Source: an uncultured bacterium
Lineage (GTDB): Bacteria; Patescibacteriota; Saccharimonadia; UBA4664
DNA: 64,000 nucleotides
Assembly: GCA_963720265.1 (NCBI GenBank)
Contig: CAVRET010000002.1
Span: 136,704-200,703, forward strand
Direction: 5' to 3'
This document shows, one piece after another, positions 9,483 to 18,868 of the stretch. Each line of letters opens with the position of its first letter. Within the stretch, counting starts at the first letter, position 1. A program made the translations under genes and the position numbers. The notes beneath the pieces were generated by a model that searched no databases, had not been told where the DNA came from, and saw nothing but the letters and a program-made list of their open reading frames with translations.

Positions 9483-9710
9483 ATCCTCTCTTCATTCAAA
9501 AAATAACGCGCTGTAGCGAAGCGCGTCTGGACCCATATTAGGGCGGTTCCACCAGACTTCCTGAATGGCTCAGGCTCTCATATTCGCCGATGTGCGCCAC
9601 CGGCAGCGGAGCTCACGGGTTGGTGAATCCCGGTCACAACTCTCTTTAATTATGACGATACTATCACGATTATTATGCATGCTCAAGGCTAGGTGGGTCG
9701 GCCACCCACC
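9483..9710 (-). promoter_or_regulatory. Putative T-box leader upstream of thrS
   Basis: The minus-strand leader contains a T-box-like sequence (CTGGTGGAACCGCC, compare AGGGTGGNACCGCG). It is followed by a 7 bp stem hairpin (ACGCGCT...AGCGCGT) and a U-run (TATTTTTT) just before the thrS RBS. Confidence 0.5.
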
Positions 9711-10252
9711 TAGCCTTGTTCTGCTGCATCATCCTGAGCGCGAATGATGGCTTCGCGCTCACTGGCAGGCCTCGGCCGTGGCAACCCGCGTCTCACAGTC
9801 TCCATCAAGAGATCGTCTTCTTCACGCCTCTTCCGCGCATCACGGATCCCGTCAAGCGCAGCGTCTGAGTGCTTGTCAACGAGCTCTCGAGGAAACTCTT
9901 CGTAGTGAAGATACCTCGCCTCCCGGCGCCCATCTCCGGCGTCGGATGCTGATTCGGCCGCACCTGCGCGTTGTGCTTCGGCGGCTGCCTGAGCAGCCTG
10001 GTGCCTCGCCGCCCTTGCTTGCTCGTCTATTACTTCCAAAGCAAATAGCGCATTGGCAGTAGTCTCGGAATCGACCAACTTCTCCGACGTCTGATCCGCT
10101 CTCTCCGGAGAAGTCGGCGGGAGCATCTGCTCATTGTGCCGAGCAACCCTCGCTTGAATAGCGAGGGCACGCTGCTTCACGAGGTCAGCTGCTACCTCAA
10201 GTCGCTCTCTGTCCGGATTCGAATCCGGTCCCATCTCGCTCATATGCAACAC
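9710..10252 (-). CDS. Hypothetical protein (Ala/Arg/Glu-rich, low complexity)
   Basis: 180 aa ORF with no recognisable motif. Coding status is uncertain. Confidence 0.3.
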   Translation of the reverse strand: MLHMSEMGPDSNPDRERLEVAADLVKQRALAIQARVARHNEQMLPPTSPERADQTSEKLVDSETTANALFALEVIDEQARAARHQAAQAAAEAQRAGAAESASDAGDGRREARYLHYEEFPRELVDKHSDAALDGIRDARKRREEDDLLMETVRRGLPRPRPASEREAIIRAQDDAAEQG

Positions 10253-10298
10253 CCACTTAAACGAAATCCTACATTCAGGATAGCAGATAAATAATTCC

Positions 10299-10375
10299 TG
10301 GTGGGTCCTAGAGGACTCGAACCTCTGACCTCTTCCACGTCAAGGAAGCGCTCTAACCAACTGAGCTAAGAACCC
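10299..10375 (-). tRNA. tRNA-Val (anticodon GAC)
   Basis: Reverse complement GGGTTCT-TA-GCTC-AGTTGGTTA-GAGC-G-CTTCC-TTGACGT-GGAAG-AGGTC-AGAGG-TTCGAGT-CCTCT-AGGACCC-A-CCA. Confidence 0.85.
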
Positions 10376-10511
10376 ACGTTTCAAGGCCCAACTATACGCG
10401 CAAAGTCGCAAAGTCGCAATCGTCATGGCATAGTCCACCCGGAACCGCCCGCCCCTTTCACAGCCGCTCGAAATGCGCTATCATCACATGGTTTAGCCCC
10501 ACCGAAAACAC

Positions 10512-10588
<77 letters not shown>

Positions 10589-10647
10589 AAGTCATTATTT
10601 GAACCTTAAGCATTATTCCTGTACCCTTAAATTTGAAATGAGGATGC

Positions 10648-10833
10648 ATGATGCCCGCCACTAAGTCCAAGCCCGACCACTTTCTCGCTGACGCCGTTAA
10701 AGCTAAGAAGCCGGTGGTCAGTTACAGCGACGGCTTTCGCTTCGGCTTTGGTTTCTTCGTCGCCGGCCTGCTTGTGAGTGTAATCTTAGGTGGCCTGTCG
10801 TGGGGAGCCTACGCTCTCATGCACTTGCATTAA
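10648..10833 (+). CDS. Small hypothetical membrane protein (61 aa, one TM helix)
   Basis: The ORF sits between tRNA genes and has a hydrophobic C-terminal half (FFVAGLLVSVILGGLSWGAYALM). An RBS-like GAGGA lies upstream. Confidence 0.3.
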   Translation: MMPATKSKPDHFLADAVKAKKPVVSYSDGFRFGFGFFVAGLLVSVILGGLSWGAYALMHLH

Positions 10834-10879
10834 TATTGCTAGTTTTAGGAAAATCTGTTAACGTTCCACTGGTAATCAC

Positions 10880-10956
10880 GGGGCTATAGCTCAGTTGGCC
10901 AGAGCGCCTGCATGGCATGCAGGAGGTCCAGGGTTCAAGTCCCTGTAGCTCCACCA
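10880..10956 (+). tRNA. tRNA-Ala (anticodon GGC)
   Basis: GGGGCTA...TAGCTCC-A-CCA with the G3:U70 identity pair. The anticodon loop is AT-GGC-AT. Confidence 0.85.
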
Positions 10957-11077
10957 AGGAATTATTGAGTTCAACAGCCACAACTCCAATCCGCTTGTGC
11001 TTGCTACGTAACCACTAAGCACGTTAGGCTTAAATCGAGCCGTTTGGTGGAAATACCAGCATAAGGGGTTTGGACGC

Positions 11078-12211
11078 ATGCTGTCTCAGCAAATCGCCGA
11101 CAAAATCCGGGCAAAAGTGAGTGCGTTGGTTAGCCAAGAGCTAAGAGTCACCGACGCCGATGGTGGACCTTTGGCCACGACTTCCGGCCTTAAGTCGGAG
11201 ACGCTTACTATTACTCAGCTCCCTTGGGCGATACCATTTGCATACGGCGGTAATACAGTTGGCTATATCGTGCTAGCTGAAGAAATGCCCAACCACGACG
11301 AAATAGCACCACTCATCCGCTCGATCGCCGAGCTCGTCATGCACCAGTCGCTCGTGCTTGAACAAATCCCTCGCCAAGACGAACGTCTCGATAAATTCAT
11401 TTATGATCTCCTAAACCAGCCGCAACCAGAGTGGGCCCTACTGACAGCCGAGGCCAGGCTGTTTGATATCGAACTTGATCGTCCCCGCATCGCCATTGTT
11501 ATCCATATTGATGACCCAGCCCTCACTACTCGTTTTCGCGACCCGGCCGGCGATCGTGAAATCCGCCTCACCCGCTACAAACTGGGGATTACCCGGGCAC
11601 TCGATTCGTTCTATACCTCAAGCCGCGAAAACGTCGTCAGCTACCTTGGGAGTACCTCATTTTGCATTCTTAAAGACCTTGTAACCGCCGATGACGGCGA
11701 CCTCACGGCCGGACTGGAAAGCTTCAAAAAGAGTCTTGGCGCCATTTACACCATTCTCAAGAGTGAACTCAAGCTCCCTGCAACCGTCGGCGTCGGCAAT
11801 TATCATCCCGGGCTCGCCGGCCTGCGCACCAGTTACCATGAAGCCACCTCTGCAATTGAGCTCGGCGCTCAAACCTGGGACGCCGACCGCGTCTATCACA
11901 TCGACGACTTTGGCGTAGTAGCTCCCCTGCTCTCCGGTGTTGATGAATCCAACATCTACTTCTCACGCGAACTACTGGATCGCCTAGGTGAAAACCACGA
12001 GATCATTCAAACCCTTGAAGCCTTCTTTAACCTCGACATGTCGCTCACTCGCACGGCCGAAACCCTAAAGATCCATCGCAACACTCTGGTCTACCGACTC
12101 GACCGCATCACCGAAACCCTAGGCCTCGACCCCCGTGTATTTGAGGATGCTGTTCAGATCAAGTTAGCAATTCTTTACAGCCGCTTTGTGGAGCCTGATC
12201 ATGCAACTTAA
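11078..12211 (+). CDS. CdaR/PucR-family transcriptional regulator (C-terminal PucR-type HTH)
   Basis: 377 aa. The C-terminus LKIHRNTLVYRLDRITETLGLDPRVFEDAVQIKLAILY is a PucR/CdaR HTH. Confidence 0.55.
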   Translation: MLSQQIADKIRAKVSALVSQELRVTDADGGPLATTSGLKSETLTITQLPWAIPFAYGGNTVGYIVLAEEMPNHDEIAPLIRSIAELVMHQSLVLEQIPRQDERLDKFIYDLLNQPQPEWALLTAEARLFDIELDRPRIAIVIHIDDPALTTRFRDPAGDREIRLTRYKLGITRALDSFYTSSRENVVSYLGSTSFCILKDLVTADDGDLTAGLESFKKSLGAIYTILKSELKLPATVGVGNYHPGLAGLRTSYHEATSAIELGAQTWDADRVYHIDDFGVVAPLLSGVDESNIYFSRELLDRLGENHEIIQTLEAFFNLDMSLTRTAETLKIHRNTLVYRLDRITETLGLDPRVFEDAVQIKLAILYSRFVEPDHAT

Positions 12212-13391
12212 TACTGCGCTGGCCCGCCAAATCGCCGATAAGGCCAACCAGGTACTGAAGCGCGACATTCTCATTGCAGATTTGTCCGGGCAACTCCTGG
12301 CCGGTGCAGCCGGCCGGCATGTCTTTGTGCCCGAAGCGTTAAGTGTTGCCCAAACCGGCCACTCGCTCACCAGCGAGTTCGAAGACCACGAAACCAAATG
12401 GTGGCCGTTCGTATACGAAGACCAAACCATTGCCGTACTGGGCCTGCCCATGACCGACGCCGGCCCCATCACCCAGGAGGCCGTCACCTTACTGCAGGGC
12501 CTGGCCGAGGTCATTATTTATCAGCACTTTCTGCTCGACAAAATCCAATCAGCGGAACGAGTGCGTGCCGACTTTATCAAACTCCTGCTCACTACTCAGT
12601 CAATCGACGCCGCCGATATTTATCGGCAAGCCGACATCTTGCAGCTCAACCTCCGCACCCCTCAAGCAGTTATGCTCGTTCGTTTAAATGGCATTGAGCA
12701 CGAAAGCAAAGCCAACCATGGTGACCTCTCGCCTGAAGAACAACAGCTCAAACTCGACGCTACCACGGAATCAATCGCCGGCCGGCTGCGAGCAACGCTC
12801 AAGAACACGCCGGACAACCTTGCAGCGTACCTCGGAGAAGATCAATTTGTACTGATCAAGGGACTGACCACTGACACTCCCACCACACTCAACACCATCC
12901 GCTTCATGATGGAAAAAGCCGACCAGATCCATCAAGGTCTTCGCCAACCGGGCTTAAATTATCAAGTCACAATCGGGATCGGTCAGTACTACCCCGACCT
13001 CAGCGGTCTGCGTAAGAGTTATCAGGACGCCAAACTGGCGCTGGAGGTCGGATCTAAAGTCTGGGGGCAGGGCCGGGTCTACCATATCAAGCATGTCGGT
13101 ATGTTTGTGACATTAGCTCCCACCAGCCAGGACCGGAAAGCTGAGTTGGCCCACCAAATTCTTTCACCACTCCTCCACGATGACCAACTTTTTAAAACCG
13201 TCCAGGTCTTCCTTGCTAATGGCCTGAACCTAACTACGGCTGCCGAAAAACTACACATTCATCGCAATACACTTATCTACCGTCTTGATAAAACCAAGAA
13301 ACTCATCCAGCTTGATCCACGTCATTTTGATGACGCCCTGCAAATAAAACTCGGCCTCATGTTCTATCAAAATCCGGCTGTCCCACGCTAG
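12186..13391 (+). CDS. CdaR/PucR-family transcriptional regulator, tandem paralogue
   Basis: 401 aa. The C-terminus LHIHRNTLIYRLDKTKKLIQLDPRHFDDALQIKLGLMFY matches the same family. It overlaps the upstream paralogue by 26 nt. Confidence 0.55.
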   Translation: MWSLIMQLNTALARQIADKANQVLKRDILIADLSGQLLAGAAGRHVFVPEALSVAQTGHSLTSEFEDHETKWWPFVYEDQTIAVLGLPMTDAGPITQEAVTLLQGLAEVIIYQHFLLDKIQSAERVRADFIKLLLTTQSIDAADIYRQADILQLNLRTPQAVMLVRLNGIEHESKANHGDLSPEEQQLKLDATTESIAGRLRATLKNTPDNLAAYLGEDQFVLIKGLTTDTPTTLNTIRFMMEKADQIHQGLRQPGLNYQVTIGIGQYYPDLSGLRKSYQDAKLALEVGSKVWGQGRVYHIKHVGMFVTLAPTSQDRKAELAHQILSPLLHDDQLFKTVQVFLANGLNLTTAAEKLHIHRNTLIYRLDKTKKLIQLDPRHFDDALQIKLGLMFYQNPAVPR

Positions 13392-13606
13392 TTCAAGCAG
13401 TTAGGGTTGGCTACAAAAAGTATTCAATTCTATCAGTTGTGTCGGTTTATATCACAAATCCAGAGGGTTTTTCGTTGTATTTTTTGTAACGGATTGCATT
13501 TGACTGAGACCCCCAAGAATACTAACCTAATACAGTCAACAGTGTGTGTAAGCAAAAGATCAATTCCGAGGACGACCGTCTCGAGGGTAACTAATTTCTG
13601 GTAGGG

Positions 13607-13861
13607 ATGAAGTCAGATCAATTCAGTGACGAACTCGATTACTTCTACATGGAGCTGCCGCAGGCGGACTACATAGGCGACCTAACCGACATTCCGATCC
13701 AGGATGAACATTATGATGATAATGAACTTCCATGCATGCGGGGTCTGAGCGATGAGCAGGTCTCAAAATTAGCCGATGACTCGCGTAAAGATTGTGGTAA
13801 TGCCCAGCTCACACATGATAGTGCGTCAGAGCAGGAGTTATTTGCAGACGACGGAGAATAA
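13607..13861 (+). CDS. Small highly acidic hypothetical protein (84 aa)
   Basis: Asp/Glu-rich ORF next to the IS200 remnant. No motif recognised. Confidence 0.25.
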   Translation: MKSDQFSDELDYFYMELPQADYIGDLTDIPIQDEHYDDNELPCMRGLSDEQVSKLADDSRKDCGNAQLTHDSASEQELFADDGE

Positions 13862-13934
13862 TTTTTTTAACTTGCCTGCTCAGTATATATTCGGTATCTT
13901 CCGATATAGAGGGCGCAATTAGCTAAATTAAGTG

Positions 13935-14515
13935 AACCACCTCGGGCTAAAGCCCGAGGCTTCCTTGGGGCGGCATGCTGGGTTTAGCTTTCCATTGATT
14001 TTCGATATACCGTTTAATCGCCTGCTCGGTGTTGCGGCCCACACTCTCGGCGAAGTAACCATCCGCCCAGAAGCTATCTCCCCATAACCATTCTTCCAGT
14101 TCAGGATGCGTCTGGCGGATAGCCCGACTTGAGCCACCTTTGAATATTTGTACTACCTGTGACACCGAGATGCTGGGAGGTAGTTCAATAAGCATATGAA
14201 TGTGGTCGGGCATCACTGCCAGCCGCTCAATCCACCAGTCGTTCATTTCTGCGCACTGAAAGAATAATCGCTTCAGGTCAGTGGCGACTTCGCCCCGCAG
14301 GATGCTCTTTTGCGGTACTTGGGTATCCAGACGATATGAAATTGCAGGCGATATAGCGTATGCGCACCGGAATAATATTTTTTACCTGACTTCACATACC
14401 CAGCATGCCAGACTGTCGGCGCCAGCGCCAAGGTTGACCGCCATCCGACTTAGCCTTGGTGCTACCGCCTTAAGCGGACCCATTCATCCCTGGCCTAAAG
14501 GCCCAGGGGTCTCTG
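13935..14515. mobile_element. IS200/IS605-family element, degenerate
   Basis: Subterminal hairpins CCTCGGGC-TAAA-GCCCGAGG (13940-13959) and CCCTGGCC-TAAA-GGCCCAGGG (14488-14508) share the same loop. They flank a tnpA (Y1, HUH) reading frame that lacks a start codon. Confidence 0.5.
13947..14327 (-). pseudogene. tnpA: IS200-family transposase TnpA (HUH tyrosine transposase), N-terminally truncated or decayed
   Basis: The frame reads ...YRLDTQVPQKSILRGEVATDLKRLFFQCAEMNDWWIERLAVMPDHIHMLIELPP.... The HUH motif HIHMLIE is present. The frame extends upstream of the annotated Met, then hits TAA with no start codon. Confidence 0.5.
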
Positions 14516-14537
14516 GGAGGGTTACTAGAGCAATCCC

Positions 14538-14780
14538 ATGGCCGAGTCAATTGAACAACTTAGAATATACAAGTCCGCCCGTAGCGCCGAGAATCAGATC
14601 TATGAGCTGGTCAAGCAATTCCCGGCCGATCAATTCTAGGGCCTAGCAAACGACCTGCGCCGCTCAAGTGCAGCCGTCTCGCACCATATGATGAGCGCTC
14701 ACAGCCTATTTAGCTACCAGCTTAAGCTTAATGAACTGGTGGCCGCCAAAGAAGAGGCTGCTAGCACAGCAGCATCGTAG
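14538..14780 (+). pseudogene. Four-helix-bundle protein (23S rRNA intervening-sequence protein family) with an in-frame TAG and internal decay
   Basis: MAESIEQLRIYKSARSAENQIYELVKQFPADQF*GLANDLRRSSAAVSHHM... follows the family pattern (K.A..L...IY.L...FPK.E.YGL..QLRRAAVSI). TAG at 14637-14639 occupies the conserved Tyr/Phe position, and the C-terminal part is shortened. Confidence 0.45.
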
Positions 14781-14801
14781 TAACAGTTACAACAATATTG
14801 T

Positions 14802-16094
14802 TTAATCGAAGTATCGTACCGACCCAAACGGGACCTTATCCGGCATGCGGTTAAGAGCCCTAGCCGCCAATGCGGGCGCGATCGTTAGCTCACCGAAGCG
14901 ATCGTTAATGGCGTGCATCGCTGCCTCCAATTGTTCCGGACGAGAATCTTCAAAACCCTCAAATTGTAACTGCCCTGAGTCGATCTTAAGTAGGCCATAG
15001 GTCGTAATCATGAGGGAAGTCAAGACCTGGTTAGGCGGGCTTAATGCAAATAATTCAAGTGCTCGTTGGTACAGCTGGTCGCCACGCGCCACTGCTACCG
15101 TATAGAGCTTACAGCCACGCCATGAAGGCCATCCATACCGCCGGCTTGCATACATTGAGCCGCTGGTCGGAGACGTTGCTATTGGCCGCTCATAGCCAAA
15201 CTGCAAACGGAGGCCCCGAGCCGCTAAACGATGTTTCCGCAGCCGTCTGGCGACCTTCAAACAAGCGCGCAGCAACAGGGCGTTGATCTCTTCTGGATCG
15301 GCAGTCCTGTGTTCAAGGATATAGTTGCGCCCTACAGTGCGAATACCGTATTGAGCCTCCGTCTCGTAGCCCCTAAGCTTCAGGTACCACTGACGGCCCA
15401 TGATACTGCGAAATACCTGGCGCCTGAGCACCGGCTCCGGAGCATGCAAAAATTCCAGCGGACAAGTAATCCCAGCTTGGCGCAAGCGCCAAGCATTACG
15501 CTGTTTAATGTAGGGCAGGTCAGTCAGTGCCAATAAGCCATAAACCATCTCAAGATTGTCGCGCCCAATCGCGTAAAGCCCATCCGGCTTCATGAATCCT
15601 GCGGCAACCTTAGCCAACCAATGGTTCTGACCAATGCCAACATTCACTCGCATATAGTCACCGACCTCGTCACGGACTCGCTGCTTAATCTCGCAACCGA
15701 TGTCCTCAAGACTGCGCCCGCGGAGCAAGTTGCGCATGCCACGAAAATCAATCACTCCCTCATCAACCGACTTCATATATGCCGTTGGAGAATAGCTCTC
15801 AAAGATTTCGCGCATCAAGTGGTTCACATAATGATACTTGGCCGGGTCACTCTCCACGATTACAAAGCCCGGAGCCTGTTCTCGGGCCTCTCGCAGCCTC
15901 GTCCCAATACCCACGCCGTACTGCCTGGCCTCATATGAAGTGGTAATACAGATCGCAAAATCATTCCGGCGATTGGTCACTCCTACCGGGCGCCCCCTGA
16001 GCAACGGATTCGCTTGCTGCTCGGCCGAGGCAAAGGCCGAATTGAGGTCAATATGCATCACCTCCGGTGGCTCGGAATTAATACTAAGGCCCAT
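14802..16094 (-). CDS. Y-family (DinB/UmuC-like) error-prone DNA polymerase
   Basis: 430 aa. HIDLNSAFASAEQ (compare DinB HVDMDCFFAAVE) and SVDEGVIDF (compare SIDEAYLD) give catalytic acidic residues. Little-finger-like C-terminus. Confidence 0.7.
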   Translation of the reverse strand: MGLSINSEPPEVMHIDLNSAFASAEQQANPLLRGRPVGVTNRRNDFAICITTSYEARQYGVGIGTRLREAREQAPGFVIVESDPAKYHYVNHLMREIFESYSPTAYMKSVDEGVIDFRGMRNLLRGRSLEDIGCEIKQRVRDEVGDYMRVNVGIGQNHWLAKVAAGFMKPDGLYAIGRDNLEMVYGLLALTDLPYIKQRNAWRLRQAGITCPLEFLHAPEPVLRRQVFRSIMGRQWYLKLRGYETEAQYGIRTVGRNYILEHRTADPEEINALLLRACLKVARRLRKHRLAARGLRLQFGYERPIATSPTSGSMYASRRYGWPSWRGCKLYTVAVARGDQLYQRALELFALSPPNQVLTSLMITTYGLLKIDSGQLQFEGFEDSRPEQLEAAMHAINDRFGELTIAPALAARALNRMPDKVPFGSVRYFD

Positions 16095-16347
16095 AGAACA
16101 CCTCGGTTAACCGCCACTCCAGCGTCTCCGAGTCCAGCTCCAGCCGGAAAGCTATCTCGCCCGAGGCAAATCCAAATACATGCACATGCCTGGCACCGCG
16201 CCGTTCGGGATGATGAAGCCCCATAGTAGTGAGCCGAAACCTCCGGCCACGCCAACTAAGAGCATGTGGCACAACCCGAACCGAACCTCTGGGCCCAGGT
16301 GCGAACGAAGCTAGCACGCTCACAACATCATTGCACTCTTCTCGCAT
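16084..16347 (-). CDS. Hypothetical 87 aa protein, translationally coupled upstream of the Y-family polymerase (possible accessory subunit)
   Basis: Overlaps the polymerase start by 11 nt. No motif recognised. Confidence 0.3.
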   Translation of the reverse strand: MREECNDVVSVLASFAPGPRGSVRVVPHALSWRGRRFRLTTMGLHHPERRGARHVHVFGFASGEIAFRLELDSETLEWRLTEVFYGP

Positions 16348-16407
16348 CTGGCAGCCCTCCTGCCATCGATGCTATTCCAAACAGAAACCGAACGCAAGCA
16401 CGAGCAA

Positions 16408-16989
16408 TTAGCGAACCGTAGCTTCTTCCAGCCACGCCTGAAAGTTATCGACAACCGAGTCCACTGCTTGCTCAATGTTATTAACTTTCGTATCGACTAC
16501 CAAATCGAAGTTATGCTTATCAAAGGGATCAACGCCATAGCTACGGTGGTAGCGACGAATTTCGCTATCCAGCCGCCGCTGCAAGACATGAGCGTACTCA
16601 GCAGGATCAGAAGGTATGTGCTCGCTCATGAGCCTCGCCTCACCCATACCGCCAATAATTCGTTCAGCCGCTTCTCGTAGTTCGAGATCCAGGAAAACCT
16701 TAAAAGAAGCCGGCATCCAGTGCCAAGCTAGCCGGGAGTCAACTACTTGACGGTCATCTTTCTCGCCAATGTCTCTCAGACGTTGATCAACCCGCCTATC
16801 GAGTTCAGCGTTCTCCTCAGCAGTTAGATTGGTCTGCAAAATATCAAGACCCATTTCCTTGCCAATTGAGCGCAACAAATCGCCCGCAGAAAAATGCTCA
16901 AACCTCAGCCTAGCGGCAACCATCTTGGCAGTAGTTGACTTACCGCTCCCAGGACGTCCGGCAATCGTGATGATATGTTTCTTTACCAC
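16408..16989 (-). CDS. Cytidylate-kinase-like family P-loop NMP kinase
   Basis: IITIAGRPGSGKSTTAKMVAARL...FSAGDLLR gives a P-loop plus an NMP-binding-like motif. 193 aa. Confidence 0.5.
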   Translation of the reverse strand: MVKKHIITIAGRPGSGKSTTAKMVAARLRFEHFSAGDLLRSIGKEMGLDILQTNLTAEENAELDRRVDQRLRDIGEKDDRQVVDSRLAWHWMPASFKVFLDLELREAAERIIGGMGEARLMSEHIPSDPAEYAHVLQRRLDSEIRRYHRSYGVDPFDKHNFDLVVDTKVNNIEQAVDSVVDNFQAWLEEATVR

Positions 16990-17049
16990 TTGTTTGAATA
17001 CGTTAATTAATTATGGGCATATTAAAGACCTATTATAAATACCGAACGG

Positions 17050-17640
17050 CTACTCAGCAACAATCAAGGAACGAAACTGCCGCCATAGCACTTCAGGATC
17101 ACTCCCTGCATTAAGCACTGCATCAGCATGCTCCGCAGCCTCGGCACCATAGTGCGCAAAGGCTTGAACCATCACTTGTTCAAAGTAATCTCGGTCAAAA
17201 TTTGGCTCCCTCGCAAGCCGCCGTTCCAGTTGAGCAGAAAGCGGGATATCTAGATAGACTTTGAGTTCAAATAGATCCCTGAGTCGTTGTTCATAAAACA
17301 ACAAAAAGCCTTCAACCAGAATGATTGAGGCAGGTTGGGCAATACGCGCGCCAAGCTGACGACCCTCCGGCTTTGAATAGTTGGGAACCCGCGCCGGCTG
17401 CCCGTCTTTAAGGGCAATAAGCGCCTCGTAAAGTCCACCAAAGTTAATATTCTCTGGTAGTTCCCAATTACTCCACGGCCCAACCCGCGGAAATTCGCTT
17501 GCATCCTTAAAAAACTTATCAAGCTTAATGACTTCCACGCCATGGGGATGTTCAGCCAGCAGCCGCCTTGCAAGAGTGCTTTTCCCAGACCCACTGGGTC
17601 CAGCCAACCCGACCAAACGCACATTCATGAAGGAACCCAA
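17050..17640 (-). CDS. Uridine-kinase/phosphoribulokinase-family nucleoside kinase-like protein
   Basis: VRLVGLAGPSGSGKSTLARRL P-loop. 196 aa. Confidence 0.45.
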   Translation of the reverse strand: MGSFMNVRLVGLAGPSGSGKSTLARRLLAEHPHGVEVIKLDKFFKDASEFPRVGPWSNWELPENINFGGLYEALIALKDGQPARVPNYSKPEGRQLGARIAQPASIILVEGFLLFYEQRLRDLFELKVYLDIPLSAQLERRLAREPNFDRDYFEQVMVQAFAHYGAEAAEHADAVLNAGSDPEVLWRQFRSLIVAE

Positions 17641-18203
17641 CGCTGAAGCAACTTACCCGACTGATAAAAACTCTCCACGCTCCCGGGCTGCCACCAGCCG
17701 ATCAACTCAGGCTGCCGAATCCACTCCGGCCGGTGAAACGGCACCCGGCCAGGAGAAAGCGTTAGACTCAGCGGATGCACCGGAGGCTTTGCGTCCTGAT
17801 CACGAATTTGAATGAGCCGGGACCCCGCAAACTCACGACCAAATCTAATCACGCAACGCCGTAGCGCGATGTCCTGCAAATGCGTACGGCTACCCTCCTG
17901 CTTTGAATAGTCCAACCCGCTCGTAAGATTGCTGCGCTCGTTGTCGTAAACGTCCGAGGCAGTGGCAACAAATTCCTCAAGAAGCGCCGGCCGCAATGCG
18001 AGATAGGCAAAATAAGCATCCTCATACAGCATCACCACACCGTCAAAGCCAAGAACGCTCTCGCCCCTTGCCCACGCTATCCGCCACCGGCCTCGACCAA
18101 ACTGCTGATCATATTCCGAAAACCGCTCGTCACGATGCCGGCCAAAGTACCCGAGTTGTGTTTCAATAGTCTGCCACCGCATGCCCTCAAGCCTAGCAGC
18201 CAT
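17625..18203 (-). CDS. Hypothetical protein (192 aa) co-operonic with the two kinases
   Basis: 16 nt overlap with the downstream kinase gene. No motif recognised. Confidence 0.3.
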   Translation of the reverse strand: MAARLEGMRWQTIETQLGYFGRHRDERFSEYDQQFGRGRWRIAWARGESVLGFDGVVMLYEDAYFAYLALRPALLEEFVATASDVYDNERSNLTSGLDYSKQEGSRTHLQDIALRRCVIRFGREFAGSRLIQIRDQDAKPPVHPLSLTLSPGRVPFHRPEWIRQPELIGWWQPGSVESFYQSGKLLQRWVPS

Positions 18204-18287
18204 GTCGCAAAATCATAGCACCATAGCTTGTGTAGTTGCAGGCCACCTTTCCCCAATTACAAACCAGTTTTCCACTGGGCAAATCTA

Positions 18288-18303
18288 TAGTCATATGACA
18301 ATA
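18288..18303. promoter_or_regulatory. Operator-like palindrome immediately upstream of nrdR
   Basis: Perfect 10 bp palindrome GTCATATGAC within ATAGTCATATGACAAT, followed by a repeated TATAGTCATG that overlaps the nrdR start. Confidence 0.3.
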
Positions 18304-18310
18304 TATAGTC

Positions 18311-18754
18311 ATGAAATGCCCGTACTGCCGACAACCAACGACCGAGGTCTATAATTCCCGCACCACCCGCTTTGGCACCCAGGTGTGGCGACGACGGCGC
18401 TGCCAAAGCTGCCACGAATCGTTCACAACCTATGAAGCGCCCGACCTCGGCTTCCTCAAAGTAATCAAGAAGTCCGGCCGGCGCGAACGCTATAGTCGGG
18501 CCAAGCTCTACTCAGGCATCTACGGCGCGTTCCTCTCCATTCCCCACAAAGAAACCACGGTCGACGCTGTCACCGACACAATTGAAGCTAGGTTGCTCGA
18601 CACCAAGAAGCGCACCATTCGCACGCAAGAAATTGCCGACATTGTGTTGTCAACATTAAAACACTTCAACACCGCGGCCTTCGTCCGCTTTCTCGCCTAT
18701 CACGCTGACCTTGCCTCCGACGCTCAGCTCGCCCGCGAACTCAAAAAATATTGA
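18311..18754 (+). CDS. nrdR: Transcriptional repressor NrdR (zinc ribbon + ATP-cone)
   Basis: MKCPYCRQPTTEVYNSRTTRFGTQVWRRRRCQSCHESFTTYE is the canonical NrdR N-terminal zinc ribbon. Confidence 0.8.
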   Translation: MKCPYCRQPTTEVYNSRTTRFGTQVWRRRRCQSCHESFTTYEAPDLGFLKVIKKSGRRERYSRAKLYSGIYGAFLSIPHKETTVDAVTDTIEARLLDTKKRTIRTQEIADIVLSTLKHFNTAAFVRFLAYHADLASDAQLARELKKY

Positions 18755-18868
18755 TGCCAGTTAGATGTCAGTTAGATTAGTTGACATTAAGTAGAATAAT
18801 GTTATTATTATATAGTTAGCGTCAAACTGTAACGAACCTAGAAAACGATATAAGGCAGGTGAAGCATA

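Noticed and set aside
9565-9747. 60 aa ORF upstream of thrS
   Set aside because: It lies on the strand opposite to, and inside, the predicted T-box leader and terminator of thrS.
10891-11079. 62 aa minus-strand ORF
   Set aside because: It lies antisense to tRNA-Ala and its 3' flank. Its YRDLNPGP sequence is the typical antisense-tRNA peptide.
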